64,000 nucleotides of DNA from the NCBI GenBank assembly GCA_002633005.1, contig NMRA01000087.1, forward strand, positions 62,001 to 126,000. The letters run 5' to 3'. The position numbers and the translations under genes were made by a program. Numbering within the stretch: position 1 is the stretch's first letter; each line of letters starts with the position of its first letter. Of this stretch, positions 11,801 through 26,800 are shown in pieces. The notes under the pieces are model-generated. The model was not told the origin of the DNA and did not search any database. It worked only from the letters and a program-made list of their open reading frames with translations. The DNA is from Phoronis australis (Eukaryota; Animalia; Phoronida).

Positions 11801-14800
11801 TTAGCTGTACAAACTTGCACTAATAGCAATTTATAACATCATATGACCACGTTATGGCAGTACGGTAGTATTGTCTCAGCAGCCGCAATTAAAGCTACGG
11901 CAGCTAGATATTCTGTGGATGACGTAATATCGCAAATTATTCAAGATTTACACTCAGAAGCTGAGTTTTAACCATCCAACCATGTATGTAAGCATTCAGA
12001 ACCACATAAAATTTTCAAGCAAATTATTACATTTCATAGCCTTTTTTTGCCTGTGCAACCAAATTTTCCAATTTCCACAACATTTAATTGACACTGAGAA
12101 GTGCGTCTCGCGCTAGAAAGTTGGCAGCGAAAGAGTTAACCTCAACTTAAAATAAAAGCCATTTCTCACCCTATCTAGACCGTCAGTCTGCGCGACGGTT
12201 TTCACTAGCTTGTACAATGGTGAAGAGGAGATGAGTATGGAGTTCTGTACATAAATGACGGCGGTGAATCGTGATGATGGTGCCATCTGTAGGTGGTCAT
12301 AGTAGAACGGATAATCAGGCAGACGCACCGAGAAATCAGACGAGACTGCCAGAGCACCTGGTGGGGTATTCCAGACAAAGGCGGACGGCATAGGTCGTTG
12401 GTAGACACGTGACTTGATGATCTGCACAAAGAGAACCAGGTCACTGAAGGGGAGCCATGTTGAATTGGCACATATTAGAGATGACGGCCATGTTGGATTT
12501 GTGTGGTCTGATCTTTTCCAACATTTACATTTTTAAATAGAATTTTGCATTAATTGAGACTTTCAGATATGTCATTTTGTCAACAATGACATAATTATTA
12601 TAACTATTTTGAGAAAATCGTCACTGAATGACTTGAGTACAAGAATCTTGATGAACTTACACGTGGTGTGGTCAACTAAATTTCTCTCACCTCTAATGTG
12701 GTGTGAATGATTTTATCAACAGATGAGAAGTAGGTGTCCCAAAGGAACTGTGTCTGCTGGCGATAACTTAAGATGTCTGCCCTCGACACAGACCGTACAA
12801 TGTCAGGGACCTGAAAAGCAAAGTAAGCAAAATTTGAACTCGTAAACCACTATACACTTGTAAACCACTATACACTTGTAAACCACTATACACTTGTAAA
12901 CCACTATACACTTGTAAATCACTATACACTTGTAAACCACTATACACTTGTAAACCACTATACACTTGTAAACCACTATACACTTGTAAACCACTATACA
13001 CTTGTAAACCACTATACACTTGTAAACCACTATACACTTGTAACCACTATACACTTGTAAACCACTATACACTTGTAACCACTATACACTTGTAAACCAC
13101 TATACACAAGTGTCTGAGTTCCCATTTAAGTGATGAGTTTGAAATATCAGACCAAAATTTAGTTTCACTACAACTAAAAAACTATTAAGGCACAGAAATT
13201 TACTGCATAATGCATAATGGTTTGTACATGAAACGGAATACTTTAGCTGGCTGAAGTTCACGAGGTTACTTCACTAGGAAAGCGAAAGAGATCTTGTCAT
13301 CCTAAAAATCAGCATGCCAGGGACATTAGTGTCTTTTGTAAAATACTATTGTCTTGGTTCAGAGTAGCAAGTGTCGTAGTTTGTATTTTATCATGTACAA
13401 AGACTATTTCACAAATGATAATTTACTATTTGTAAATAATTTCCCTGTCGTACCCAGTGACACTTAAAAACACCACTGACTCAACCACAAAAACTGTAGA
13501 AAGAAATATCCCCAGACACATTATATGTGGTGCCTAGAAAAAACCCTTAATCATGACAGAATAATTTCCTGTTAGAATATGAAATGCCTGTGGTTTGAAG
13601 GCTGTGTCCCCAATTTCCAGAAACAATATACTGCGGAACAAACTAATGACATGAAAAACAAGAGAGAAAACAAGATTAATTTGTAGTTAAAAGAAATGAG
13701 GTTTGTTCATTTTAGTGCACAAACCAACGTGCCAAGGGTTGCTCGGTGTGATTAGACTGTCAGACAAGCTAACCAGCAGAGTTCAAAACAAGATTTATAG
13801 ACATGACGTAGTTTTCCATAGAAACCAAGTTTTTGTACAATTATTCTAAACCGGTTAAGAATTTCTCATTTAGAGCAGTTTATTTACTTTGGTTGCAACA
13901 AAGTTGAATGCTAGATATGAGTAATTCTTCACTACTTTACCACAAAAATCATAGCCAAAATTATCGTTTTCTGTGTTTTAAAGGCTGGTTCCCTTGCTAT
14001 AAATAAGAAAATTTGCCACATGTTGTCTTAACAACATCTACACAGTACAAGGCAAACAGACAATGGACTATTCAACATTTTCTTAAGCTTAAATTTTGGT
14101 GATTAATTGTCTGCAATATCGAGTGCTATAAACAGTTCTTCAGACATCACACAACAATCGGATAAATCCCACGGTTTGGGACAATCTGAATTGAATATCT
14201 TTTATTCTGAATGTTGAGACAAAGGTTGTTTTGGTGTTCCAATTTGGGACAATCCGTAAAACCTGAGACACCGAAATTTGAGCTGAAATTGAATATTTTT
14301 ATTTTAAATATTGGGACATAGACTATGAAGGCCTTCATCATATATCGGAAACTGTGTTTTTATCAACAGTCTCAGACTTCTATTATGTACTAAGTCAGCC
14401 ATAACTCTGGTCAAATGTTACAAAGTATGACCACAAAATTGACATGTGTGTACCTAGTATTTTACATCACCTTAAAATTTTCTGAATTGGAGAAATTCAT
14501 GATTTTGGGAGAGCCAATATTGCCCATTTTTAAAATTTGGTACAATCTCCAAACTTGAACGCAACAATTCACTTTTCACTGTCTCAAGCTAGAGAATTGC
14601 TACCGTATTCAGCGAATAAATTTTTAAGTTTTATGCAGCCCATCCTCACATTTGTCACCATGCACAGTGGTAGCTACACATGAACATCTGACCTCAACAG
14701 GCGCAGCATTAAACCACTATAGACATGTATGGGGATAAAATCATTAATGCAAATGGACTGCACAAGTAAATTTCCTAGAACAAAACATCTTCTCAAGCAA

Positions 14801-17800
14801 AGACGAACAAGAAGTCTTGGTCCAAAGTCTCCCGAAACATGAAGCAACGGTGCAATTTTAGTCTATCAATATACAAACTTTCTAGCACTATATAATAACA
14901 CAAAATCAAGCAAGTTCGCAAAATTCAACAACTTTGAAAAACCATTGCATTGCTAGGATTAGATGATTATTAGTAGGAACCAGAACCATGGTTTTGGACT
15001 ATACCTGTAACAGTAGTCGCTCATCACCGAAAATGAGCGCCCTCTTCCAGTCGATGACATCAGAGAATGGTAGCTGCCAGCCATTACTCAACACAACAGG
15101 TATACAGGCGGCCTGCAGCACCTCCAAGAACCTGCAATAGATGGCGTTCACGTCGATCTCGGATTCGGAAAAATTAGATGTTAATCTGGACAGTAAGTTT
15201 TTTGTTACGAATTTCAAATGTGATGCACCATGTATAGGAGATGGCAACACCTGGTGCCAGTTTGTTTACCTCTAAGGTAATTGGTCACGGGACTGGAGGA
15301 AAAGAGATGAATATCGAAACTACATGCTGGCCTACTACATTTTTCTGGACCATTATAGCACACAATTTCACAGACGGACATTTTGTTAAGTTTTGTTTTT
15401 CTCTGAATTACAAATGAAGAAATTGGAGCTCCCACTTCAATCAATATTCAGGTCACTAATTGGGACACTAAAGGGTCCCTCAATTTGTAAGCGCTTTAGT
15501 GCAAATCTCAAATTAAAATATAAAACAAATTGCAACTGAACAACCCTGACCAACATGGAAACAAATAATCTTAAAATTACATGAGGTCATCACCGAAGAC
15601 TGGATTCCCAGTGCACTGCAACCAGCGCTATCAGCAGAAAATTGAGCCGCAACAGATCTGACATCCGGTGTGAAATTGAAGTAAAAAATACTGTCAAGAG
15701 ATTATGAAATCCTTGACTACAGTCACATTTGAGGTCAAGTTGATACGCAATACTCTACAACCCAGTAACCATCTCTACTACTCTTTAGACACCATCATAT
15801 AACAAATTATCGGCTGTATATGATCAAGCTTCAGCAACAAACACTACATAAACAACTGACCAGGGGTACTAGAATAGTTTTGCACCTGCAGTTGAAAAAT
15901 TAGAATATCTAGCCAGTGGCAACTGGGCAGGAAAAACGGGAGCTTCTATGAGGAAGTCAGCCCATCTTAAATTTGTTTCCAAGACCATTGTCTTTTATTT
16001 TTCTAACTTGCAAGGAATGAAATGGTACGGCAACCTTTCGTTAAAAATGTCGAATTAGAAATTTTGTTGTTGGAAATGTGACCGCGAAAAAACGTGTCTG
16101 AGCAGCACCTCTTGTATACACCTATCATGGGAGTATATGACTTGCACCTGCATGCACATCGTGCAGTCAGGTACACCAGTGTGTCAATCAGTTACGCTAA
16201 AATCACACCAATTTCGGACAAAAATAGTTGACTAAATTCCCCCTTTTGTTTTTCAAGATGTCTGCCAACATTGTTGCGAATGCTCGAAATTGTTCATGAT
16301 ATTTCCCGATTGTAGGAATGGTAGAGAACTTGAACACCAGAACAGGATTATAATTTGATGCTACACATCCTTTCTGAAAAAAATGAGAAAATATAATTTC
16401 ACATGTCTACCGTACTGTGTCCTCAATTGGTGAGATTTCATTGTACCTGTCAATCAACTAGCTGTCAATCATCCACACATACCTAAATGAGCCAAGTCTT
16501 CTCCCTCTTGGTACTAAACAGAATGTTGAATTGTGTAACAGCGTCTGATAGTCAAACCTGCAACAGAAATTCGGATTCGTCAACGTTCAATTGTACATCA
16601 AAATACGCCTTTTTGAGGTATTATTCATCAGTGAAATGCAAAATGCCTTTGAGCTCTGAGCAAGGTATTGATATTCGAAGTTTTCTTCGACGGTGACAAG
16701 TTCATTTCATCATTTATTTCAGGATCCAGCACCACAGAAGCAAAGTTAAATCAATAATCACCCATCATTTTATCTGATGAAATCAATCAGTGTTTGACAA
16801 ATTGCAGTCACAATAGAAACTGACTGTAGCACACCAGTAGGCCTTTCACAAGGCACACAGAACTGAAGTAACAAAATTACTGAGATGAAAAGCTTACTAT
16901 ACAATTTGATTGCTTTTACTTATAAAGAATTTGATTTAGGTCATGTGTATCAGTTTATGTAACATTTGTGCACAGACACATATTTGTTCAACACAAGCGC
17001 ACCGACACACAGGCACACATCCAAACATAGGGAGAGAAAAGAAGAGACAGTACAATTTTCAACATCCTTGAGGCCTAATTCTCTAATCACAGAATGAAAG
17101 CTGCATGGAGATTATGAACTGTGGGCAATTGGGTTTCCTCTTGTGAAGTCTAAGCAAGTCACGCCTAGTAAAGACTTAGACACCCTGCATGCCTATGTAT
17201 TTCCCAGCAGAACAACATGTCATGAGGAAACCCATTAAGGAGGAGTTTCAATAGAACACAAGTCCAGTTAATTACCGACACACATTTTATCTTGGACTTT
17301 GCTAATTGATGAATAATAAGGAGGATATTTGTTACATAACATTAAATATAAGAGTTACATAACATGGTGTAATGCTGAACACCACAGGTTAGTATTGACT
17401 CATTGTGATTATCCACAGCATGTCAAACCAGTGGGAATGGTTAAATTCCCTGTTAGTGGACGGAAGTTAAAATGCCAATTTGACAGGAAATTGAAAAATG
17501 ACATACACTGTAAAACTCTTGGTTTAAAATAGCTACACAGATCCTGTCCTCACTTGGCAATACCTTTGATGTTGGTTTAAAAGCAACCACAGCTAATGGC
17601 AACACCCTGTTTACATCAACACACCTCTTGCAGTGGAATAAACTGAGTGGATGCATCTCTTACTGTGGAGTGGACTCAGTGGGGAAAATGCATTCTAATA
17701 TCCACATTCTATGTCCTATTTACGATTATTTCAAATTCCCACTTCTTTCAGTTGGCTATGACTGCAATGAAATCTCACCCGTATTGTATAAAACGAAACC

Positions 17801-20800
17801 ACATTTTTCGTTTTTCAAGGACTTGTAATGCTGTTGTAAATAGTCCCACTTTTTCAAGATCGTAGCTGTGTGGCATTTGGTTCATAAGACCGATCGCAGC
17901 CAAGACAGTAACAGGTACGTGACAGCGAGCACGACGTGTTCCTTACAATGACTAAAGATCGCAACTGATGGAAATGATCACACTCAATGGTCAAAATTCA
18001 CGAACCACTATTGTGAAGGAAATGTTCACACTCAATGATCAATTTCTTGCACCATTAATGTGAAAGAAATGTTCACACTCAATGATCAATTTCTTGCACC
18101 ATTAATGTGAAAGAAATGTTCACACTCAATGATCAAGTTCATGCGCCACTAATTTGAATTACACAGCTAAGCTTACAATCTTTGCTAAAACAGGCCTCAC
18201 ACTTAAGAGTTCCACTTGAAACCACTTATCTTTCATGAAAAAATGAGAAACTAAAATTATACTCATCCTCCCTCCCATTGTGCCTGACTCGGTGAAATGT
18301 TAACAAAAAAATAATAAGTTTTACTGAATTTTTCTTATTAACCACTACGACAAGTTCACCAGGTTTTAATGAACAACCCATGTCAATGTGGTTTTGAAAT
18401 CAAGTATTTTATGCACACAAACCCAGCACAGTAAACCCATCAGTGTTTATGCACACAAACCCAGCACAGTAAACCCACCAGTGACACGTAGTGGTTGGGT
18501 CACATGCTTCGGGCCAGACTGTGTTTTTTATCAACAAACACGGTAGATCCTTCCCATAGAAATTGGCCATGGATACCATTGGCTAACGAAGCTTGAATAA
18601 ATACAAGGGCAGATCAAATTTAACACCAAACTATCAAATCCAGACAGGGGAAATCAAATAGAGCATTCACAGGTGACACCGTTGAGCTCCTTCCCATGGT
18701 CAAACACACTGTCTCCCCTCTCCGTCCTTTCTCCCGATCCTGTATCCGAAAGCACTCAAGTGCCCTCTAGAACCAACGGAGAGTTGAAACATTTGAATTA
18801 TGTCATATGACATCATAATTTGGGTTCATCAAAATGTTACGAGACATATAAAAGTCAGACCAGGTATTTAATGCACAACCTCCAGCGTGTACAGTCATGA
18901 AGACAAGTTAAGCTTTCCCCAGCCCCCTTTTCGGGATATACCTGCCTTGAACGATCTCAGACTGAGCAAAACAATATGACAGTGAAATCAAATGTTTTTT
19001 TCACACACTGGAAGTTTCTCAAATTGTATTAAATACCAATTCAGGTGGTTCCAACTAATTACATGAAGTATCTGACTACAAGTGTTTATACTAAATAGGC
19101 TACCGCAATAAATTTGATTAGATGTTTGTATCTTTCTCAAGAGGAGGCAACATAAAGTAAGTCCTCACAAAAATTATCAATTCTCACACACAAAAAACCA
19201 AAGGGGCCCTTTACAGTAATTTTGATAATTCAAATGACTTTCACACTTGTCATTTTTTACAAACATGTTTGAGAGACATTTAGAAGCCAGTCGCCAGATT
19301 TTTTCAACACACTATGAAATGTCAAGCAGCACTATCAAACGCAAAACCAAACTGTTGGCTGGAGACAGATAACAGATCTCCATCAAGTGGCAACCATGCA
19401 CATTAGGTATACGGACTGACTAGGCCAGGCAAGGGCAGAGTTAATTATACAGAAAGGTATCGATTCCTTGACAACGAACTTACGGTGGGTGGGAAAACAT
19501 TTTCTCCGTAGACATTTCACATCATCAAAAGCAAACAACCAAGGCACGTTAAATTAAGTAAATGAGTTTCAAGGATGTTTGATGCATTTTTCCAGTAATT
19601 CGTCTGCAGTTAGAATCTCCGGTTGAGAGATTCGAAATTTATTCACTTTAAGTATGGAAGCCATATTATTAACGGTGTTGAGGAATAAAAACATACTCAT
19701 TGCATGCATGGTCTTGTTGCAACACACAAATGTTAGGTTTCTGAACAAAGAAACAGGTAGAGCAATTAACCATGGTGTATGTTAAGAAACTCTGGGGAAA
19801 ATGTCAAAATTGCCTTTAATTTTCATGCTGACAAACTCGGTATAAAGAAATTCGGACACAAGACAAGAAATACTGGCATCCCTTGGTGTGAAAGTGCTTT
19901 ATTTTTAATTCAACAACAAAAATCAGTTCAATGCCAGCCAGTCAATCAACTTGACAGAATACATGTACATTCAAAATAAAGCCTCAAATTTACTGTGGTC
20001 CATCTATCACTTCACACCTGTGTGAATTTCAATTCAGGTGCTCTATTTCTAAACAAAGGTACAGCAGCAGTCATTTGCATATCACTGATAACGTCCAGAC
20101 ATCGTAAATCAACAAGATGGTACCAATAATGGACCAAGGAGTTGTGGGTCAATTAAACCAACTGTAAATCACATAGCCTAGGGGTCAACCAAGGTCGTTC
20201 AAAGTGCAGGTGTGAGTCACAGAGTTCTCAGGGCGAAATACAAAATTACATAATTTGAAACTTAGAAACCAGTGTTTTCTAAAAAAAAATAAAAATTCTG
20301 TTCAATAATCTTGTAGAGAGAGCTGCAAAGTTCATGCAGTTTCAGGACTAATAAACAGTGTTGAGAAGTGGCTGGAGTGAATTCAATGTGGAGTCTCAAT
20401 ACGTCGAGTTTAAAGTAATGATAAGATGTACAACTGCATGGAGCCTTGGTTTGGTTGCCTTCTGAATGATGGGAGTTGTGACTGGATTTCAATCCGTAGA
20501 ACAACTGTTTAATCATGAACAATAGTGAATTGCCAAGGACAAGACTAAAACGATAAAAGCGCTTAAAGAGAATAACACGTAAAACTAAATTGTGCGAACA
20601 TTTTACACATCTGATCTTGTACAATTTTCAACACAACCTCAATGAAGAAGAATTGTTCAGAAATCGCACTAATATGAAATCTCAATAGAGCAAAAATGTG
20701 CACTTCACGGTTCGGATAAATGCGATTTACGTGGGCTTCACACTTGACTTGTAAATGAAAAACCTCAGGCAAAAATTGAACAAAACCACCCCACACACGT

Positions 20801-23800
20801 GCACATGTGCCGTGAGCATGAATCTAATTTTGTAACGAGGGAGCGGTCATAAAATGAGCAGCACTGACAATCACACAAACCCTATGACTTAAGTATTTCA
20901 ACACAGAGTTTACTAAAAGACGAAATGTAAAATCCATCAAAAAATTTTAAATAATAACCCTAAATGCCGTACCTCGAAAATATCTGTCTAACGATTTAAT
21001 ATTATCAGTATGAGGAAATACAATAAATACCATTACTGCCCAGAAGTCATTATATCTGGACAACTGTCAAATTGAGAACAAAATCTTCATATACACACTG
21101 TTATCAGACCTTTTCAACAACTTCATTCTGTTGGTACATTGCATAAGAAATGATACTTTCTGTAGGAAGACCATACTCAATTATTAAAGGTCCAACTATA
21201 AATCTACAGTTTCTGCCAAAAAAAATTATTCAGACTACTTAAGTTGTAACCTTTTGCAATTGGTCTGATCTGTTTCCTTACATGGATTTAAATACAGACC
21301 CAGGCCAGAGAAGAACTGGTAGTTTGTTGAGCTTTACACCAGGCCTCTGAACACCCCGTTCACATGCTGGCTAAAACTCTAGTATTTTCACGAGCACTTT
21401 GACTAGTAGCAAAAAACGTCGATCATATAAACAGTTTCAAGTGCTATTTTTACTGACAGTTTGAATTATCCCAAACCTGCTGACGTTTTCATTAGTATTT
21501 TGGTAGCCTGCAGAGTTATGATTTTTGTAACTTTTTACCAAACCCAATATGGCATTAATTGGGCAACATGAACATGAGTTTTTAGTAAAACTTGGCAAAA
21601 GAGAAAAAGTTCATTGATAGCAACACAACATGAGCAAATTTCAATGAATATAAATGTTAAAATGAAATCCGCTATTGCAGTTTTCTATACCAATTCGTAT
21701 TCGTTTTATTGAACTTTTGACTTTTTTCATGAAAATCTTAAAAGTCTGAAGCCCCTCAAGCAAAATGGAACATCTTAGAAACAACTCCTACAGGGATTCT
21801 GGAGAACAGCGTACAAAGCACAGTATCTAAGAGCTCCATGTGAATTTGATCAGCCATTTCTGACGTAATATTCCGAAGTTAGCCAAAGTTGGACTTTTTT
21901 CCAACAGCATCACAACACTGCAAGTCCACACCTCAAGGTGGGTCTGTACGCGCAACAATGACATTTGTCGCAATGACTGGCGAGAATAAAAGTACCTTCA
22001 CAGGTCACTTGTTGGTGATGACAATAAGTTGTACTGTAGCAAACCGGACAACAGTAAATAAAAGTGTTGAGTGAATGACAGCTATGTATTTTCTTGTTAT
22101 CCATGCTTCACAGGTATGTAAAGAACTACAGGAGGATCCAATAACCAAACCTGATAGAGAACGGATATTAATGGCATTGTTCCGAAATGATAACAAGCGA
22201 TAACCCATACACAAACTTTTGTAGTTATGGTAAAATCTAACTAATTTCAGATAAAAATAATTGCTGATAAATATATCATTCTTCATTTTTGAAAGATTTC
22301 TTAACACCGCTGTGAACCTCTACAATGTCACAAAACATAAGATGGTAGTTATGGCATAGCCATTAACCAGAGCACCTGCCAACGCCAACGCATTGCAAAC
22401 ATTATGTTTCTAGGGATGCAAACTCTTACCAGCCTCTCAACAATAATCAAAGTACAAGTAATATCTTGTCAAACATTAAAATAATCACCAGGGGGTGCTA
22501 AAGTAGTTAGAAACCATCCATATCTTTGTATCAAGTTCCATCACAATTTGGCTAGCCGCTTTGACAACAACCGAACGACAATGAAAATCTTGCCAAAAAC
22601 AAAAATGGTCAACAAGGGATGTTACTGCAGTTGAACATGCGCAGTGACTTGTCCTGTGCATAACCAGCATATGTCATTGTGCCAAGTATTGTCAAAATCT
22701 TTCATGTCATTTCGACAATTATTGACCATTAACCAATATGTTGACTACAGGTGGCGCCTTGCCACAGTGGTAGACTCCCTCCAAAAATCCATAGTAACTG
22801 ATGATCAAAGAAAATCTTGTCACCTGATAAATATCATCCCAAGAACTAAAATGTCTAGTAATCTTACTTTTATTACCTACACCAATCCCTTTTTGTTAGA
22901 AGAAACAGTATCACTACGTGGATTGCAGCGTTTAGTTTGCCCACCACCCCAGACATGGCTACTGACAATCTTTATAACAACCCCAGCCAACGACCAATCC
23001 ACACGTGAAGAGTGGGCGAAGTTGTCCACTTGAGAAACAAATTACACCGCTTTTTCAAAAGATAAGATCTGACGAGAAACCGGTGATAATACCCGCGATA
23101 ATACCGTGTAACAATCGAGATAGTCTTGTTCAAAGAGCAAATAAATTCACCGATAATGCTGTCCGAGTTCATTTATAGTCAACAGATGTGTTTTGTGAGT
23201 AAATGTAAAAAGCGTGAACTGTCAATAAAATTACAGGGGAACTGCGTTTGATGGACTGACTGTACCAAAGGCATGAACAGACAGTGGTCAAAAAAACTAA
23301 CGCTTTCCACAAAGCACATCTTTTCATGTGGAAAATTTGAATAAAACAATTGGGGTGAGAATTCAGACGATAACAGAATTGTTTAATTCTTAAAACATGC
23401 CTTATTTCGCATATTCATTTATCCACACTTAGTTGCCTTTAGATGTATTAAGTCTTTACTCCTCTTAAACCGAGATGAATGCTTCAGCAATGTATCTCAC
23501 ACAGCTAAGTTCTATGACACTTTCAGTAAAATCTCACCAAGCTCAGACAAAAATAATTGTAGACTTTTTCATTTTCAAAGACTTCGAACAAAGTTTTGAG
23601 TGCCCACAACTTCTCAAAATATTGTCCGGTAGTAGATATGGTGTAGACCTTGGAAATGATAAAGCACCTATTACGTTCCACTTATTTTCTATGAAAAAAG
23701 GGGAAAATTATATTTCACTTGTCCACAATCTTATGTCCCAAATTGATGAAATTTCAGGAATAAATTTAAAGGGGGCACTTTATAATAACATAATAGATAG

Positions 23801-26800
23801 GTATACTTTTAACCTACAGCCCCACCTAAGATCTAACTAACCTTTAGCAAAGATTTGACTGATCTAACACATAACCACCAGTTATAATCCTAGGTGAGCT
23901 AAATAGCATACAAAACAATTCCAACCTGATGTCTAGACGCTTTCAGACTCTGTGTCATTTTCATTGTTGCAGACAGAAGGGTAATGCTCACCTCAGAATT
24001 TGACACTGTTGAATTTTCTATTCTTCAAAATCCACGATGCATCAATCAGGTCAAAAAGGCATAATTTGACATTCATTTCCCAGGTTCCTAAGTGAATTCT
24101 AACTGGAAAGCTATACTGATTACCTTTAGAAGAATGAGAGCAGTTTTTGCAATAATCATCAATTACAATTAACCGCTTTTTTGGAGTAAGAATGACCCCG
24201 AAAATAAGAGAAGCCATAACAGGCCAGAAATAGACTCTACACTTATTGCCATTCAATTACAATCATCAATCACTTATTCATTTTGGTTATTTATCTAAAC
24301 ACCAAACCAGTTAAAACAGCATTCAACACGTGCTTTCTGTCAAAAAGCAAGTTTTGATTTTGGACATTCAGAATGATAATATTAGTCTTATCTTGTTCCT
24401 AATTCCATTTAGAAGTGATATCTGGGCTCGGAATGAACTGAAAGTTTCCCATTTCTTCCCACCAAGCTAGTAAAAGTTCAGGATACACTCTGACCAGAAA
24501 CCTTATGAGCCTGATCTCAAGTCATAATAAACCCGCATCAGTTCATTTGAGGCACAAAAATCACCTCAACTGACGAGCAATTCCAGACCAATTTTATAAC
24601 GTCATGTGAGCAAAATCAAAACTTGTTTTTAGACAGAAAGCACGGACATAATGCTTCTTTAATATTTCACAACTTACTAATAAAATTGCTCTAATTCATA
24701 GTCATTATTAATGACAAAATGTGACTGACAAATTGGTCAAAGGCTGATTTCTGAAGTGCTCGGATATGAGCTTTGTTTGGCAAAAAATAGATAGCAAATG
24801 TCACATAGTTAATGATAGCGTAAACGCTGTTTTGTTTGAACAGAAAATGTTAAAAGTTACACTGACATTTAATATCAGAACCTAGGAAAGATTTAAAATC
24901 AATGCATCAAACACAATCCGTCAAGTTTCAACATAAAAAACGATCAGAGGAAGAACAATTTTCGGGCACATGGCTCCCAAATGGCTGTAATTCCATGATG
25001 TTACGCGATACAAATCTTAAAAGGGTTATAGCCTCCACGAGTCACTGGCAATGAAAAAACTGAGTAAAAATGCCACCTAAGGAATGTCAGGCAGTGTATT
25101 AGCGACTGTAACACATCTTTGATCACACAGCCTTCTTTACCACCCTGCAGCTATATCCAACCGGCACACCACTAGCATCAGGTGTAACATAATCTCTAAG
25201 CACCTAACTTGACAAACAACCATGAAAGCATTAAAGTGAATACCACAAGAATTTAATTTTTTAAATATGGCAGGTGGTCTGCATTTTCAAAGCAAATTGC
25301 AGAATCTGCAAACAAATTAAGGAACACCTTCCAAGCGAAGAATTAAGTAATGGGTTCAGAGGTATCCTACACCGCGATAACTTTAGAACCGTGGCCCCGT
25401 GTCAATAGTGCATAAACATTTCCATTGAGCATTGTGATGGCTACTCTTACCAACAAGCTCACGAAAATTGAGTGGCAATCCTGGCTTTTTGTTTAGAATA
25501 AAACCCATTACATTCAGATTGTAGAACAAGGTCAATTAAGATTGGCCAATCAAAACTAATGTCAGCGATCAATGCAACAATGTTAGTGCTGGGATCAAGC
25601 GCATTATGCATGAAATTGAAAATATACAAATCCCAACAGCAGGATTCAGTTTGGCTTGCAGTTAACTGTTGAGGTCAATCACTTGTCAACCCCTACAAAA
25701 GGGCCCCCACAGATTTGAAGGCTTGTGTGTCAGTTGATCCAGAACCCCATAGCCACGTTTTTCTAAAATGCTCTCTCAATGCCTACGACAAAATGACCGC
25801 GCTTTTGAAATCAAACAGTGCGTTTACTTTCACAAACGACAGTGATTGACCAATTTTTTATTGCTTGTGCTCTGAATATCATCCAGAAAGCCACAGTAAG
25901 AAGGGGGCATTAATCAAACCCAAACTACCACGTACACTACCTACGGTAATATGGCAACCATTTGGAACACAATACAGTGAACAAGTGAAACTTTATTTTA
26001 TCAATTTTTCATAAAACGAAAAGTATGTAGCAGCTACACACCTTTAGTTTTATGAAAAAATTATTGCAGCATCAAATTAAACGCTTTCCATGATCAAGTT
26101 CTGAGACATAACTGCCACTAGACAATATTTTTAAAAATTTTGTCTTCACAACAATCTTAGAGTTCCTTGAAAACTTTTAAACAGCCAATTTCAACAATTA
26201 CTTAGTACAAAACTGGTCAAATTTTAACTTAGTAAGATTCATAGCACACGTAAAAATAAAACAAAGGTAGTGCAAGCAACTCTAGACAACAGTACCACGA
26301 GCCTCCTCTAGAACATTCATTGAGGATGTTTAATCAAGGCAGTGTACCCCAATGGATACAAGCAGACTGCCTGCGTGAAAAATATGTCTTTAATTAGCTT
26401 TATTATCAAAGAACAAACTCCACTGCATGTATGACAGAGTAGTCTGACCTAACCACACAGTCTGTTGGTCTGGACTTAATGGAAAGTCTGCATGACACCT
26501 CCACATTTTTAATGGATTAAGGCATTAAGTAACCAAGACTATGGGTACAAAGTTAAAGTTACTATTATAATGTAAGAAACAGACACCGTTGGACTCAAAG
26601 GTCTTATGTCACTTTTCGTGTTCACAGCCTCACCTTACAAACCCAACACTTGTTTAAAAAAGCTGAGAATGCCAAACACCCGCAAGCAATACAGAACGAG
26701 GAGCTAAGAAAATAAACTATGTGAGCGAAAAAAATCAGCGGCAGACTTGGGAAGCCTGTGGGGAAAATGTGATGAATTCACTTTCTGATCAGCAATCAAG

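Noticed and set aside
11325-11804. Four overlapping Phe/Leu-rich ORFs, or a CRISPR-like array
   Set aside because: They are translations of the 20-bp minisatellite. Units are head-to-tail without unique spacers, there are no cas genes, and the context is eukaryotic.
12768-13072. ORFs (VYSGLQ)n and (YKCIVV)n as repeat proteins
   Set aside because: By-products of an 18-bp stop-free intronic minisatellite; no ATG start, and they run into EXT1 exon 4 out of frame.
17971-18158. 47-bp repeats as a CRISPR-like array
   Set aside because: Contiguous tandem units with no spacers.
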